From NCBI RefSeq assembly GCF_009914755.1, contig NC_060948.1: a DNA stretch of 64,000 nt; one strand, 5' to 3'. This stretch comes from the human T2T-CHM13v2.0 reference genome, Homo sapiens. Positions 37,936-54,850 of the stretch are shown one piece after another. Both the position numbers and the translations under genes were made by a program. Each line of letters opens with the position of its first letter. Positions within the stretch are counted from its first letter, which is position 1. The notes beneath the pieces were generated by a model. It was not told the DNA's origin. It was given only the letters and a program-made list of their open reading frames with translations, and made no database searches.

Positions 37936-40040
37936 AGATCCATATTTTTTAAATGAAAAAAAATTTCAAAGGTACTCTGCTTGGTACAATAATCAAATGT
38001 ATAAACTGAGGAATAAAACATAACCATGAAACCTACTTATAACTGCATATGGAAAATACAGAGGATAATTTTTTAAATAACATATTTTGAAGGCCTTAAC
38101 TAGTAATTTGAAGAGTTGGCATTTGAAAGGCCAGTATGAATATACCTTCAAAGCAGCAACACAGGTTCCCCATGAGAAAAAGCAAACTCAGGGAAAATAA
38201 AACCACAAAGGTTCAATCTCTTCTGACCTTTGAAAGACACAGCACAGACAGTGGTCCTTAGGACGAAGAGCAGGAGACCCCTAATTCCGTCACCATGGCG
38301 ATAGGGCATAAACATTGCTGGGTGAGGGCACAATCCACATTGTGAGGTCCAACTGCTGCCAGGAAGACAGGAGTGCTTTTACATAGACCGAAAGGTCATT
38401 GAAGGCTCAGAGTTTTGTTTCAAGAACTGAATCCCAAGCCCACACGTTATTAGGCTGCGCTTCTTAAAACAAGTTATGAGATGGGAAAAAGGGCACCCAC
38501 AAACATACGTATACATTATGTATATAATAATATACAGTATCATATATATAATATATATAACCTATGTATAATATTGTTTTACATCCTGCATCTTATATTA
38601 TATATATTGTATAAAATATAATAATTGATAATATATAAGTTTTATATTTATACAATATGACATATAGTATATATTATAATTTATGACATATATTATGTAT
38701 GTTATATATCATATGTAGAATATTTTATACGGTTAATATACGTATTAAATATAAATTATACATTATATATATTATATATAATATATCTGTTATATATAAT
38801 GCGTATTATGCATAATATATATATTATGTCTATGTTATATATAGTATAAAACAACATATAATAATACATAATTGTATATATAAAATGCGACATATAATAT
38901 ATATTATATTTTATGACATATGTAATATATATTATATATTATATATAATACGTTGTATGTATAATACCTATATTAAATATATATTATATGACTATGTTAT
39001 TAATTACATGTCACATATGTTATATATTATATATTTTACATAGAATATACCGGTTACATACAATATATACTATGTTACCTATAATGTATAGTTTATTACA
39101 TGTAAAATAAAGAATGCAATATATTATGTATAATTTATAATATACAATATGTGGAATGTGATATATATAACATATAATATATGATATATGATATACAGTA
39201 TATGATATATAACATGCAAAATATGATACCTAACATATATGGAATACAATATATATTTTATCATATGTATTCTATATGTTTTATATTCTGTTATATATAA
39301 CTATTTGAAATTATATATAACTGTATAATATTTTATGTAAATATGTAATATAATATATACAACTATATAATATATTATATATAACTATATATTATGTTGT
39401 ATATACTTTTATAACATAATTTACATAAAATATCATAATAAAATACATATTATATTATTACACATTACGTAATATATATTACACATCACCCAATATAAGT
39501 AACATACATAATATTATAATATAGATTATATTATGTTATATTAAATCTCATATGTATCATGTATCATATATTCTATAATATATATTATACATTATATAAT
39601 ATATATGTTGTCTATTATGTGATATATATAACTATATATATAATTATATTATTATACATATAACTAGATAAACATGTAATTCTACATATTTTCATTTATA
39701 ATATATGGAATTATATAATCATATACAATTATTTATATTCTATAAAAAATTATATCATTATATAAATTATAATATATAAAAATTATAATATGTACTACAA
39801 ATATATATATTATATATCATATATGATATAGTACCTTTGTTATATATCATAATACATATAAATGTGTATTATGTTATCTATAATTTTATAATTTCATATA
39901 TAAGATGTATAATATGTATTATATATTATATATGTTATGTAATACATATAGTATATATAAGCTGACACAGGATAAATATTATATACTATGACATATAAAA
40001 TATATGAGGTTATATGTTACATATAAGTCATAGCACATAA

Positions 40041-40355
<315 letters not shown>

Positions 40356-42469
40356 AGATCCATATTTTTTAAATGAAAAAAAATTTCAAAGGTACTCTGC
40401 TTGGTACAATAATCAAATGTATAAACTGAGGAATAAAACATAACCATGAAACCTACTTATAACTGCATATGGAAAATACAGAGGATAATTTTTTAAATAA
40501 CATATTTTGAAAGCCTTAACTAGTAATTTGAAGACTTGGCATTTGAAAGGCCAGTATGAATATACCTTCAAAGCAGCAACACAGGTTCCCCATGAGAAAA
40601 AGCAAACTCAGGGAAAATAAAACCACAAAGGTTCAATCTCTTCTGACCTTTGAAAGACACAGCACAGACAGTGGTCCTTAGGACGAAGAGCAGGAGACCC
40701 CTAATTCCGTCACCATGGCGATAGGGCATAAACATTGCTGGGTGAGGGCACAATCCACATTGTGAGGTCCAACTGCTGCCAGGAAGACAGGAGTGCTTTT
40801 ACATAGACCGAAATGTCATTGAAGGCTCAGAGTTTTGTTTCAAGAACTGAATCCCAAGCCCACACGTTATTAGGCTGCGCTTCTTAAAACAAGTTATGAG
40901 ATGGGAAAAAGGGCACCCACAAACATACGTATACACTATGTATATAATAATATACAGTATCATATATATAATATATATAACCTATGTATAATATTGTTTT
41001 ACATCCTGCATCTTATATATATTGTATTAAATATAATAATTGATAATATATGTTTTATATTTACACAATATGACATATAGTATACATTATAATCTATGAC
41101 ATATATAATATATGTTATATATCATATATAGAATATATTGTAAGGTTAATATACGTATTAAATATAAATTATACATTATATATATTATATATAATATATC
41201 TGTTATATATAATACCCATTATGCATAATATATATATTATGTCTATGTTATATATAGTATAAAACAACATATAATAATATATAATTGTATATATAAAATG
41301 CGACATATAATATATATTATATTTTATTACATAAGTAATATATATTATATATTATATATAATACGTTGTATGTATAATACCTATCTTAAATATATATTGT
41401 ATGACTATGTTATTAATTACATGTCACATGGGTTGTATATTATATATTTTACATAGAATATACCGGTTACATACAATATATACTATGTTACCTATAATGT
41501 ATAATTTATTACATGTAAAATAAAGAATGCAATATATTATGTATAATTTATAATATACAATATGTGGAATCTGATATATATAACTTATATGATATATGAT
41601 ATACAGTATATGATATATAACATACAATATATGATACCTAATATATATGGTATACAATATATATTTTATGATATGTATTCTATATGTTTTATATTCTGTT
41701 ATATATAACTATTTGAAATTATATATAACTGTATAATATTTTATGTAAATATGTAATATAATATATATAACTATATAATATATTATATATAACTATATAT
41801 TATGTTATATATACTTTTATAACATAATTTACATAAAATGTCATAATATAATATATATTATATTATTTCATATTACATAATATATATTGCATATCACCCA
41901 ATATAAGTAACATACATAATATTATAATATAAGTTATATTATGTTATATTAAATATCATATATATCATGTATCATATATTCTATAATATATATTATACAT
42001 TATATAATATGTATGTTGTCTATTATGTGATATATATAACTATATATAATTATATTATTATACATATAATTAGATAAACATGTAATTCTACATATTTTCA
42101 TTTATAATATATAGAATTATATAATCATATATAATTATTTATATTCTATAAAAAATTATATCATTATATAAATTATAATATAAAAAAATTATAATACTTA
42201 CTACAAATATATATATTATATATCATATATGATATAGTACCTTTGTTATATATCATAGTACATATAAATGTGTATTAGGTTATCTATAATTATATAATTT
42301 CATATATAAGTTGTATAATATGTATTATATATTATATATGTTATATAATATATATAGTATATATAAGATGACACAGGATAAATATTATATACTATGACAT
42401 ATAAAATATATGAGGTTATATGTTACACATAAGGCATAGCACATAACATGTAATATATATCATATATAA

Positions 42470-42761
42470 TTTTTTTTTAGACAGAGTCTTGTCGTGCTGC
42501 ACAGGGTGAAGTACAATGGCGCCATCTTTGCTCACTGCAACATCTGCCTCTCGGGTCCAAGCGATTGTCCTCCCTCAACCTCTCAGGTAGCTGGGACTAC
42601 ACCACACTGGGACTACACCAGCTGCCACCATGCCTAGCTAATTTTTTGGATTTTTAGTAGTGACAGCGTTTCACTGTATTGGCCAGGATGGTCTTGATCT
42701 CTTCACCTTGTGATCCCCTTGCCTTGGCCTCCAAATTTGCTGGGATTACAGGCCTGAGCCA
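42470..42761 (-). mobile_element. Degenerate Alu, DYZ2 copy 14
   Basis: Same motifs with several private substitutions. Confidence 0.92.
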
Positions 42762-44885
42762 AGATCCATATTTTTTAAATGAAAAAAAATTTCAAAGGTA
42801 CTCTGCTTGGTACAATAATCAAATGTATAAACTGAGGAATAAAACATAACCATGAAACCTACTTATAACTGCATATGGAAAATACAGAGGATAATTTTTT
42901 AAATAACATATTTTGAAAGCCTTAACTAGTAATTTGAAGAGTTGGCATTTGAAAGGCCAGTATGAATATACCTTCAAAGCAGCAACACAGGTTCCCCATG
43001 AGAAACAGCAAACTCAGGGAAAATAAAACCACAAAGGTTCAAGCTCTTCTGACCTTTGAAAGACACAGCACAGACAGTGGTCCTTAGGACGAAGAGCAGG
43101 AGACCCCTAATTCCGTCACCATGGCGATAGGGCATAAACATTGCTGGGTGAGGGCACAATCCACATTGTGAGGTCCAACTGCTGCCAGGAAGACAGGAGT
43201 GCTTTTACATAGACCGAAAGGTCATTGAAGGCTCAGAGTTTTGTTTCAAGAACTGAATCCCAAGCCCACACGTCATTAGGCTGCGCTTCTTAAAACAAGT
43301 TATGAGATGGGAAAAAGGGCACCCACAAACATACGTTTACATTATGTATATAATAATATACAGTATCATATATATAATTTATATAACCTATGTATAATAT
43401 TGTTTTACATCCTGCATCTTATATTATATATATTGTCTAAAATATAATAATTGATAATATATAACTTTTATATTTATACAATATGACATATAGTATATAT
43501 TATAATTTATGACATATATAATATATGTTATATATCATATATAGAATATATTATACGGTTAATATACGTATTAAATATAAATTATACATTATATATATTA
43601 TATATAATATTTCTGTTATATATAATACCCATTATGCATAATATGTATATTATGTCTATGTTATATATAGTATAAAACAACATATAATAATATATAATTG
43701 TATATATAAAATGCGACATATAATATATATTATATTTTATGACATATGTAATATATATTATATATTATATATAATACGTTGTATGTATAATACCTATATT
43801 AAATATATATTATATGACTATGTTATTAATTACATGTCACATGTGTTATATATTATATATTTTACATAGAATATACCGGTTACATACAATATATACTATG
43901 TTAACTATAATGTATAATTGATTACATGTAAAATAAAGAATGCAATATATTATGTATAATTTATAATATACAATATGTGGAATGTGATATATATAACATA
44001 TAATATGTGATATATGATATACAGTATATGATATATAACATACAATATATGATACCTAGTATGTATGGTATACAATATATATTTTATGATATGTATTCTA
44101 TATGTTTTATATTCTGTTATATATAACTATTTGAAATTATATATAACTGTATAATATTTTATGTAAATATGTAATATAATATATATAACTATATAATATA
44201 TTATATATAACTATATATTATGTTATATATACTTTTATAACATAATTTACATAAAATGTCATAATATAATATATATTATATTATTTCACATTACATAATA
44301 TATATTACATATCACCCAATATAAGTAACATACATAATATTATAATATAGATTATATTATGTTATATTAAATATCATATATATCATGTATCATATATTCT
44401 ATAATATATATTACACATTATATAATATGTATGTTGTCTATTATGTGATATATATAACTATATATAATTATATTATTATACATATAACTAGATAAACATG
44501 TAATTCTACATATTTTCATTTATAATATATAGAATTATATAATCATATATAATTATATATATTCTATAAAAAATTATATCATTATATAAATTATAATATA
44601 TAAAAATTATAATATGTACTACATATATATATTATATATCATATATGATATAGTACCTTTGTTATATATCATAATACATATAAATGTGTATTATGTTATC
44701 TATAATTATATAATTTCATATATAAGTTGTATAATATGTATCAAATATTATATATGTTATGTAATATATATAGTATATATAAGCTGACACAGGATAAATA
44801 TTATATTCTATGACATATAAAATATATGAGGTTATATGTTACATATAAGGCATAGCACATAACATGTAATATATATCATATATAA

Positions 44886-45177
44886 TTTTTTTTTAGACAG
44901 AGTCTTGTCCTGTTGCACAGGGTGGGGTACAATGGCGACATCTTTGCTCACTGCAACATCTGCCTCAAGGGTCCAAGCGATTGGCCTCCCTCAGCCTCCC
45001 AGGTAGCTGGGACTACACCACACTGGGACTACAGCAGCTGCCACCATGCCTAGCTAATTTTTTGGATTTTTTGTAGTGACAGCGTTTCACTGTATTGGCC
45101 AGGATGGTCTTGATCTCTTCACCTTGTGATCCCCTTGCCTTGGCCTCCAAATTTGCTGGGATTACAGGCCTGAGCCA
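44886..45177 (-). mobile_element. Degenerate Alu, DYZ2 copy 15
   Basis: Same antisense Alu motifs. Confidence 0.92.
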
Positions 45178-47298
45178 AGATCCATATTTTTTAAATGAAA
45201 AAAAATTTCAAAGGTACTCTGCTTGGTACAATAATCAAATGTATAAACTGAGGAATAAAACATAACCATGAAACCTACTTATAACTGCATATGGAAAATA
45301 CAGAGGATAATTTTTTAAATAACATATTTTGAAAGCCTTAACTAGTAATTTGAAGAGTTGGCATTTGTAAGGCCAGTATGAATATACCTTCAAAGCAGCA
45401 ACACAGGTTCCCCATGAGAAAAAGCAAACACAGGGAAAATAAAAACACAAAGGTTCAATCTCTTCTGACCTTTGAAAGACACAGCACAGACAGTGGTCCT
45501 TAGGACGAAGAGCAGGAGACCCCTAATTCCGTCACCATGGCGATAGGGCATAAACATTGCTGGGTGAGGGCACAATCCACATTGTGAGGTCCAACTGCTG
45601 CCAGGAAGACAGGAGTGCTTTTACATAGACCGAAAGGTCATTGAAGGCTCAGAGTTTTGTTTCAAGAACTGAATCCCAAGCCCACACGTTATTAGGCTGC
45701 GCTTCTTAAAACAAGTTATGAGATGGGAAAAAGGGCACCCACAAACATACGTATACATTATGTATATAATAATATACAGTATCATATATATAATATATAT
45801 AACCTATGTATAATATTGTTTTACATCCTGCATATTATGTTATATATATTGTATAAAATATAATAATTGATAATATATAAGTTTTATATTTATACAATAT
45901 GACATATAGTATATATTATAATTTATGACATATATAATATATGTTATATATCATATATAGAATATATTATACGGTTAATATACGTATTAAATATAAATTA
46001 TACATTATATATATTATATATAATATATCTGTTATATATAATACCCATTATGCATAATATATATATTATGTCTATGTTATATATAGTATAAAACAACATA
46101 TAATAATATATACTTGTATATATAAAATGCGACATATAATATATATTATATTTTATAACATATGTAATATATATTATATATAATACGTTGTATGTATAAT
46201 ACCTATATTAAATATATATTATATGACTATGTTATTAATTACATGTCACATGTGTTATATATTATATATTTTACATAGAATATACCGGTTACATACAATA
46301 TATACTATGTTACCTATAATGAATAATTTATTACATGTAAAAAAAAGAATGCAATATATTATGTAAAATTAATAATATACCATATGTGGAATGTGATATA
46401 TATAACATATAATATATGATATATGATATACAGTATATGATATATAACATACAATATATGACTCCTAATATATATGGTATACAATATATATTTTATGAAA
46501 TGTATTCTATATGTTTTATATTCTGTTATATATAACTATTTGAAATTATATATAACTGTATAATATTTTATGTAAATATGTAATATAATATATATAACTA
46601 TATAATATATTATATATAACTATATATTATGTTATATATACTTTTATAACATAATTTACATAAAATATCATAATATAATATATATTATATTATTTCATAT
46701 TACATAATATATATTACATATCACCCAATATAACTAACATACATAATATTATAATATAGATTATATTGTGTTATATTAAATATCATATATATCATGTATC
46801 ATATATTCTATAATATATATTACACATTATATATTATGTATGTTGTCTATTATGTGATATATATAACTATATATATAATTATATTTTTATACATATAACT
46901 AGATAAACATGTAATTCTACATATTTTCATTTATAATATGTAGAATTATATAATCATATATAATTATTTATATTCTATAAAAAATTTTATCATTATATAA
47001 ATTATAATATATAAAAGTTATAATATGTACTACAAATATATATATTATATATCATATATGCAATAGTACCTTTGTTATATATCATAATACATATAAATGT
47101 GTATTATGTTATCTATAATTATATAATTTCATATATAAGTTGTATAATATGTATCATATATTATATATGTTACGTAATATATATAGTATATATAAGATGA
47201 CACAGGATAAATATTATATACTATGACATATAAAATATATCAGGTTATATGTTACATATAAGGCATAGCACATAACATGTAATATATATCATATATCA

Positions 47299-47590
47299 TT
47301 TTTTTTTAGACAGAATCTTGTCCTGTTGCACAGGGTGGGGTACAATGGCGCCATCTTTGCTCACTGCAACTTCTGCCTCACGGTTCCAAGCGATTGTCCT
47401 CCCTCAGCCTCCCAGGTAGCTGGGACTACACCACACTGGGACTACACCAGCTGCCACCATGCCTAGCTAATTTTTTGGATTTTTAGTAGTGACAGCGTTT
47501 CACTGTATTGGCCAGGATGGTCTTGATCTCTTCACCTTGTGATCCCCTTGCCTTGGCCTCCAAATTTGCTGGGATTACAGGCCTGAGCCA
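47299..47590 (-). mobile_element. Degenerate Alu, DYZ2 copy 16
   Basis: Same antisense Alu motifs. Confidence 0.92.
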
Positions 47591-49695
47591 AGATCCATAT
47601 TTTTTAAATGAAAAAAAATTTCAAAGGTACTCTGCTTGGTACAATAATCAAATGTATAAACTGAGGAATAAAACATAACCATGAAACCTACTTATAACTG
47701 CACATGGAAAATACAGAGGATAATTTTTTAAATAACATATTTTGAAAGCCTTAACTAGTAATTTGAAGAGCTGGCATTTGAAAGGCCAGTATGAATATAC
47801 CTTCAAAGCAGCAACACAGGTTCCCCATGAGAAAAAGCAAACACAGGGAAAATAAAAACACAAAGGTTCAATCTCTTCTGACCTTTGAAAGACACAGCAC
47901 AGACAGTGGTCCTTAGGACGAAGAGCAGGAGACCCCTAATTCCGTCACCATGGCGATAGGGCATAAACATTGCTGGGTGAGGGCACAATCCACATTGTGA
48001 GGTCCAACTGCTGCCAGGAAGACAGGAGTGCTTTTACATAGACCGAAAGGTCATTGAAGGCTCAGAGTTTTGTTTCAAGAACTGAATCCCAAGCCCACAC
48101 GTTATTAGGCTGCGCTTCTTAAAACAAGTTATGAGATGGGAAAAAGTGCACCCACAAACATACGTATACATTATGTATATAATAATATACAGTATCATAT
48201 ATATAATATATATAACCTATGTATAATATTGTTTTACATCCTGCATCTTATGTTATATATATTGTATAAAATATAATAATTGATAATATATAAGTTTTAT
48301 AATTATACAATATGACATATAGTATATATTATAATTTATGACATATATAATATATGTTATATGTCATATATAGAATATATTATACGGTTAACATACGTAT
48401 TAAATATAAATTATACATTATATATATTATATATAATATATCTGTTATATATAATACCCATTATGCATAATATATATATTATGTCTATGTTATATATAGT
48501 ATAAAACAACATATAATAATATATAATTGTATATATAAAATGCGACATACAATATATATTATATTTTATAACATATGAAATATATATTATATATTATATA
48601 TAATACGTTGTATGTATAATACCTATATTAAATATATATTATATGACTATGTTATTAATTACATGTCACATGTGTTATATATTATATATTTTACATAGAA
48701 TATACCGGTTACATACAATATATACTATGTTACCTATAATGTATAATTTATTACCTGTAAAATAAAGAATGCAATATATTATGTAAAATTTATAATATAC
48801 CATATGTGGAATGTCATATATATAACATATAATATATGATATATGATATACAGTATATGATATATAACATACAATATATGATTCCTAATATATATGGTAT
48901 AAAATATATATTTTATGATATGTATTATATATGTTTTATATTCTGTTATATATAACTATTTGAAATTTTATATAACTGTATAATATTTTATGTAAATATG
49001 TAATATAATATATATAACTATATAAAATATTATATATAACTATATATTATGTTATATATACTTTTATAACATAATTTACATAAAATATCATAATATAATA
49101 TATATTATATTATTTCATATTACATAATATATATTACATATCACCCAATATAACTAACATACATAATATTATAATATAGATTATATTGTGTTATATTAAA
49201 TATCATATATATCATGTATCATATATTCTATAATATATATTACACATTATATAATATGTATGATGTCTATTATGTGATATATATAACTATATATATAATT
49301 ATATTTTTATACATATAACTAGATAAACATGTAATTCTACATATTTTCATTTATAATATGTAGAATTATATAATCATATATAATTATTTATATTCTATAA
49401 AAAATTTTATCATTATATAAATTATAATATATAAAAATTATAATATGTACTACAAATATATATATTATATATCATATATGATATAGTACCTTTGTTATAT
49501 ATCATAATACATATAAATGTGTATTATGTTATCTATAATTATATAATTTCATATATAAGATGTATAATATGTATCATATATTATATATGTTATGTAATAT
49601 ATATAGTATATATAAGATGACACAGGATAAATATTATATACTATGACATATAAAATATATGAGGTTATATGTTACATATAAGGCATAGCACATAA

Positions 49696-50010
<315 letters not shown>

Positions 50011-52138
50011 AGATCCATATTTTTTAAATGAAAAAAAATTTCAAAGGTACTCTGCTTGGTACAATAATCAAATGTATAAACTGAGGAATAAAACATAACC
50101 ATGAAACCTACTTATAACTGCATATGGAAAATACAGAGGATAATTTTTTAAATAACATATTTTGAAAGCCTTAACTAGTAATTTGAAGAGTTGGCATTTG
50201 AAAGGCCAGTATGAATATACCTTCAAAGCAGCAACACAGGTTCCCCATGAGAAAAAGCAAACACAGGGAAAATAAAAACACAAAGGTTCAATCTCTTCTG
50301 ACCTTTGAAAGACACAGCACAGACAGTGGTCCTTAGGACGAAGAGCAGGAGACCCCTAATTCCGTCACCATGGCGATAGGGCATAAACATTGCTGGGTGA
50401 GGGCACAATCCACATTGTGAGGTCCAACTGCTGCCAGGAAGACAGGAGTGCTTTTACATAGACCGAAAGGTCATTGAAGGCTCAGAGTTTTGTTTCAAGA
50501 ACTGAATCCCAAGCCCACACGTTATTAGGCTGCGCTTCTTAAAACAAGTTATGAGATGGGAAAAAGGGCACCCACAAACATACGTATACATTATGTATAT
50601 AATAATATACAGTATCATATATATAATATATATAACCTATGTATAATATTGTTTTACATCCAGCATCTTATGTTATATATATTGTATAAAATATAATAAT
50701 TGATAATATATAAGTTTTATAATTATACAATATGACATATAGTATATATTATAATTTATGACATATATAATATATGTTATATGTCATATATAGAATATAT
50801 TATACGGTTAATATACGTATTAAATATAAATTATACATTATATATATTATATATAATATATCTGTTATATATAATACCCATTATGCATAATATATATATT
50901 ATGTCTATGTTATATATAGTATAAAACAACATATAATAATATATAATTGTATATATAAAATGCGACATATAATATATATTATATTTTATGACATATGAAA
51001 TATATATTATATATTATATATAATACGTTGTATGTATAATACCTATATTAAATATATATTATATGACTATGTTATTAATTACATGTCACATGTGTTATAT
51101 ATTATATATTTTACATAGAATATACCGGTTACATACAATATATACTATGTTACCTATAATGTATTATTTATTACATGTAAAATAAAGAATGCAATATATT
51201 ATGTATAATTTATAATATACCATATGTGGAATGTCATATATATAACATATAATATATGATATATGATATACAGTATATGATATATAACATACAATATATG
51301 ATTCCTAATACATATGGTATACAATATATATTTTATGATATGTATTCTATATGTTTTATATTCTGTTATATATAACTATTTGAAATTATATATAACTGTA
51401 TAATATTTTATGTAAATATGTAATATAATATATATAACTATATAATATATTATATATAACTATATATTATGTTATATATACTTTTATAACATAATTTACA
51501 TAAAATATCATAATATAATATATATTATATTATTTCATATTACATAATATATATTACATATCACCCAATATAACTAACATACATAATATTATAATATAGA
51601 TTATATTGTGTTATATTAAATATCATATATATCATGTATCATATATTCTATAATATATATTACACATTATATAATATGTATGTTGTCTATTATGTGATAT
51701 ATATAACTCTATATATAATTATATTTTTATACATATAACTAGATAAACATGTAATTCTACATATTTTCATTTATAATATGTAGAATTATATAATCATATA
51801 TAATTATTTATATTCTATAAAAAATTTTATCATTATATAAATTATAATATATAAAAATTATAATATGTACTACAAATATATATATTATATATCATATATG
51901 ATATAGTACCTTTGTTATATATCATAATACATATAAATGTGTATTATGTTATCTATAATTATATAATTTCATATATAAGATGTATAATATGTATCATATA
52001 TTATATATGTTATGTAATATATATAGTATATATAAGATGACACAGGATAAATATTATATACTATGACATATAAAATATATGAGGTTATATGTTACATATA
52101 AGGCATAGCACATAACATGTAATATATATCATATATCA

Positions 52139-52430
52139 TTTTTTTTTAGACAGAATCTTGTCCTGTTGCACAGGGCGGGGTACAATGGCACCATCTTTGC
52201 TCACTGCAACTTCTGCCTCACGGGTCCAAGCGATTGTCCTCCCTCAGCCTCCCAGGTAGCTGGGACTACACCACACTGGGACTACACCAGCTGCCACCAT
52301 GCCTAGCTAATTTTTTGGATTTTTAGTAGTGACAGCGTTTCACTGTATTGGCCAGGATGGTCTTGATCTCTTCACCTTGTGATCCCCTTGCCTTGGCCTC
52401 CAAATTTGCTGGGATTACAGGCCTGAGCCA
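52139..52430 (-). mobile_element. Degenerate Alu, DYZ2 copy 18
   Basis: Same antisense Alu motifs. Confidence 0.92.
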
Positions 52431-54558
52431 AGATCCATATTTTTTAAATGAAAAAAAATTTCAAAGGTACTCTGCTTGGTACAATAATCAAATGTATAAA
52501 CTGAGGAATAAAACATAACCATGAAACCTACTTATAACTGCATATGGAAAATACAGAGGATAATTTTTTAAATAACATATTTTGAAAGCCTTAACTAGTA
52601 ATTTGAAGAGTTGGCATTTGAAAGGCCAGTATGAATATACCTTCAAAGCAGCAACACAGGTTCCCCATGAGAAAAAGCAAACACAGGGAAAATAAAAACA
52701 CAAAGGTTCAATCTCTTCTGACCTTTGAAAGACACAGCACAGACAGTGGTCCTTAGGACGAAGAGCAGGAGACCCCTAATTCCGTCACCATGGCGATAGG
52801 GCATAAACATTGCTGGGTGAGGGCACAATCCACATTGTGAGGTCCAACTGCTGCCAGGAAGACAGGAGTGCTTTTACATAGACCGAAAGGTCATTGAAGG
52901 CTCAGAGTTTTGTTTCAAGAACTGAATCCCAAGCCCACACGTTATTAGGCTGCGCTTCTTAAAACAAGTTATGAGATGGGAAAAAGGGCACCCACAAACA
53001 TACGTATACATTATGTATATAATAATATACAGTGTCATATATATAATATATATAACCTATGTATAATATTGTTTTACATCCTGCAGCTTATGTTATATAT
53101 ATTGTATAAAATATAATAATTGATAATATATAAGTTTTATAATTATACAATATGACATATAGTATATATTATAATTTATGACATATATAATATATGTTAT
53201 ATATCATATATAGAATATATTATACGATTAATATACGTATTAAATATAAATTATACATTATATATATTATATATAATATATCTGTTATATATAATACCCA
53301 TTATGCATAATATATATATTATGTCTATGTTATATATAGTATAAAACAACATATAATAATATATAATTGTATATATAAAATGCGACATATAATATATATT
53401 ATATTTTATAACATATGTAATATATATTATATATTATATATAATACGTTGTATGTATAATACCTATATTAAATATATATTATATGACTATGTTATTAATT
53501 ACATGTCACATGTGTTATATATTATATATTTTACATAGAATATACCGGTTACATACAATATATACTATGTTACCTATAATGTATAATTTATTACATGTAA
53601 AATAAAAAATGCAATATATTATGTATAATTTATAATATACAATATGTGGAATGTGATATATATAACATATAATATATGATATATGATATACAGTATATGA
53701 TATATAACATACAATATATGATACCTAGTATATATGGTATACAATATATATTTTATGATATGTATTCTATATGTTTTATATTCTGTTATATATAACTATT
53801 TGAAATTATATATAACTGTATAATATTTTATGTAAATATGTAATATAATATATATAACTATATAAAATATTATATATAACTATATATTATGTTATATATA
53901 CTTTTATAACATAATTTACATAAAATATCATAATATAATATATATTATATTATTTCATATTACATAATATATATTACATATCACCCAATATAACTAACAT
54001 ACATAATATTATAATATAGATTATATTGTGTTATATTAAATATCATATATATCATGTGTCATATATTCTATAATATATATTACACATTATATAATATGTA
54101 TGTTGTCTATTATGTGACATATATAACTCTATATATAATTATATTTTTATACATATAACTAGATAAACATGTAATTCTACATATTTTCATTTATAATATG
54201 TAGAACTATATAATCATATATAATTATTTATATTCTATAAAAAATTTTATCATTATATAAATTATAATATATAAAAATTATAATATGTACTACAAATATA
54301 TATATTATATATCATATATGATATAGTACCTTTGTTATATATCATAATACATATAAATGTGTATTATGTTATCTATAATTATATAATTTCATATATAAGA
54401 TGTATAATATGTATCATATATTATATATGTTATGTAATATATATAGTATATATAAGATGACACAGGATAAATATTATATACTATGACATATAAAATATAT
54501 GAGGTTATATGTTACATATAAGGCATAGCACATAACATGTAATATATATCATATATCA

Positions 54559-54850
54559 TTTTTTTTTAGACAGAATCTTGTCCTGTTGCACAGGGCGGGG
54601 TACAATGGCGCCATCTTTGCTCACTGCAACTTCTGCCTCACGGGTCCAAGCGATTGTCCTCCCTCAGCCTCCCAGGTAGCTGGGACTACACCACACTGGG
54701 ACTACACCAGCTGCCACCATGCCTAGCTAATTTTTTGGATTTTTAGTAGTGACAGCGTTTCACTGTATTGGCCAGGATGGTCTTGATCTCTTCACCTTGT
54801 GATCCCCTTGCCTTGGCCTCCAAATTTGCTGGGATTACAGGCCTGAGCCA
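54559..54850 (-). mobile_element. Degenerate Alu, DYZ2 copy 19
   Basis: Same antisense Alu motifs. Confidence 0.92.
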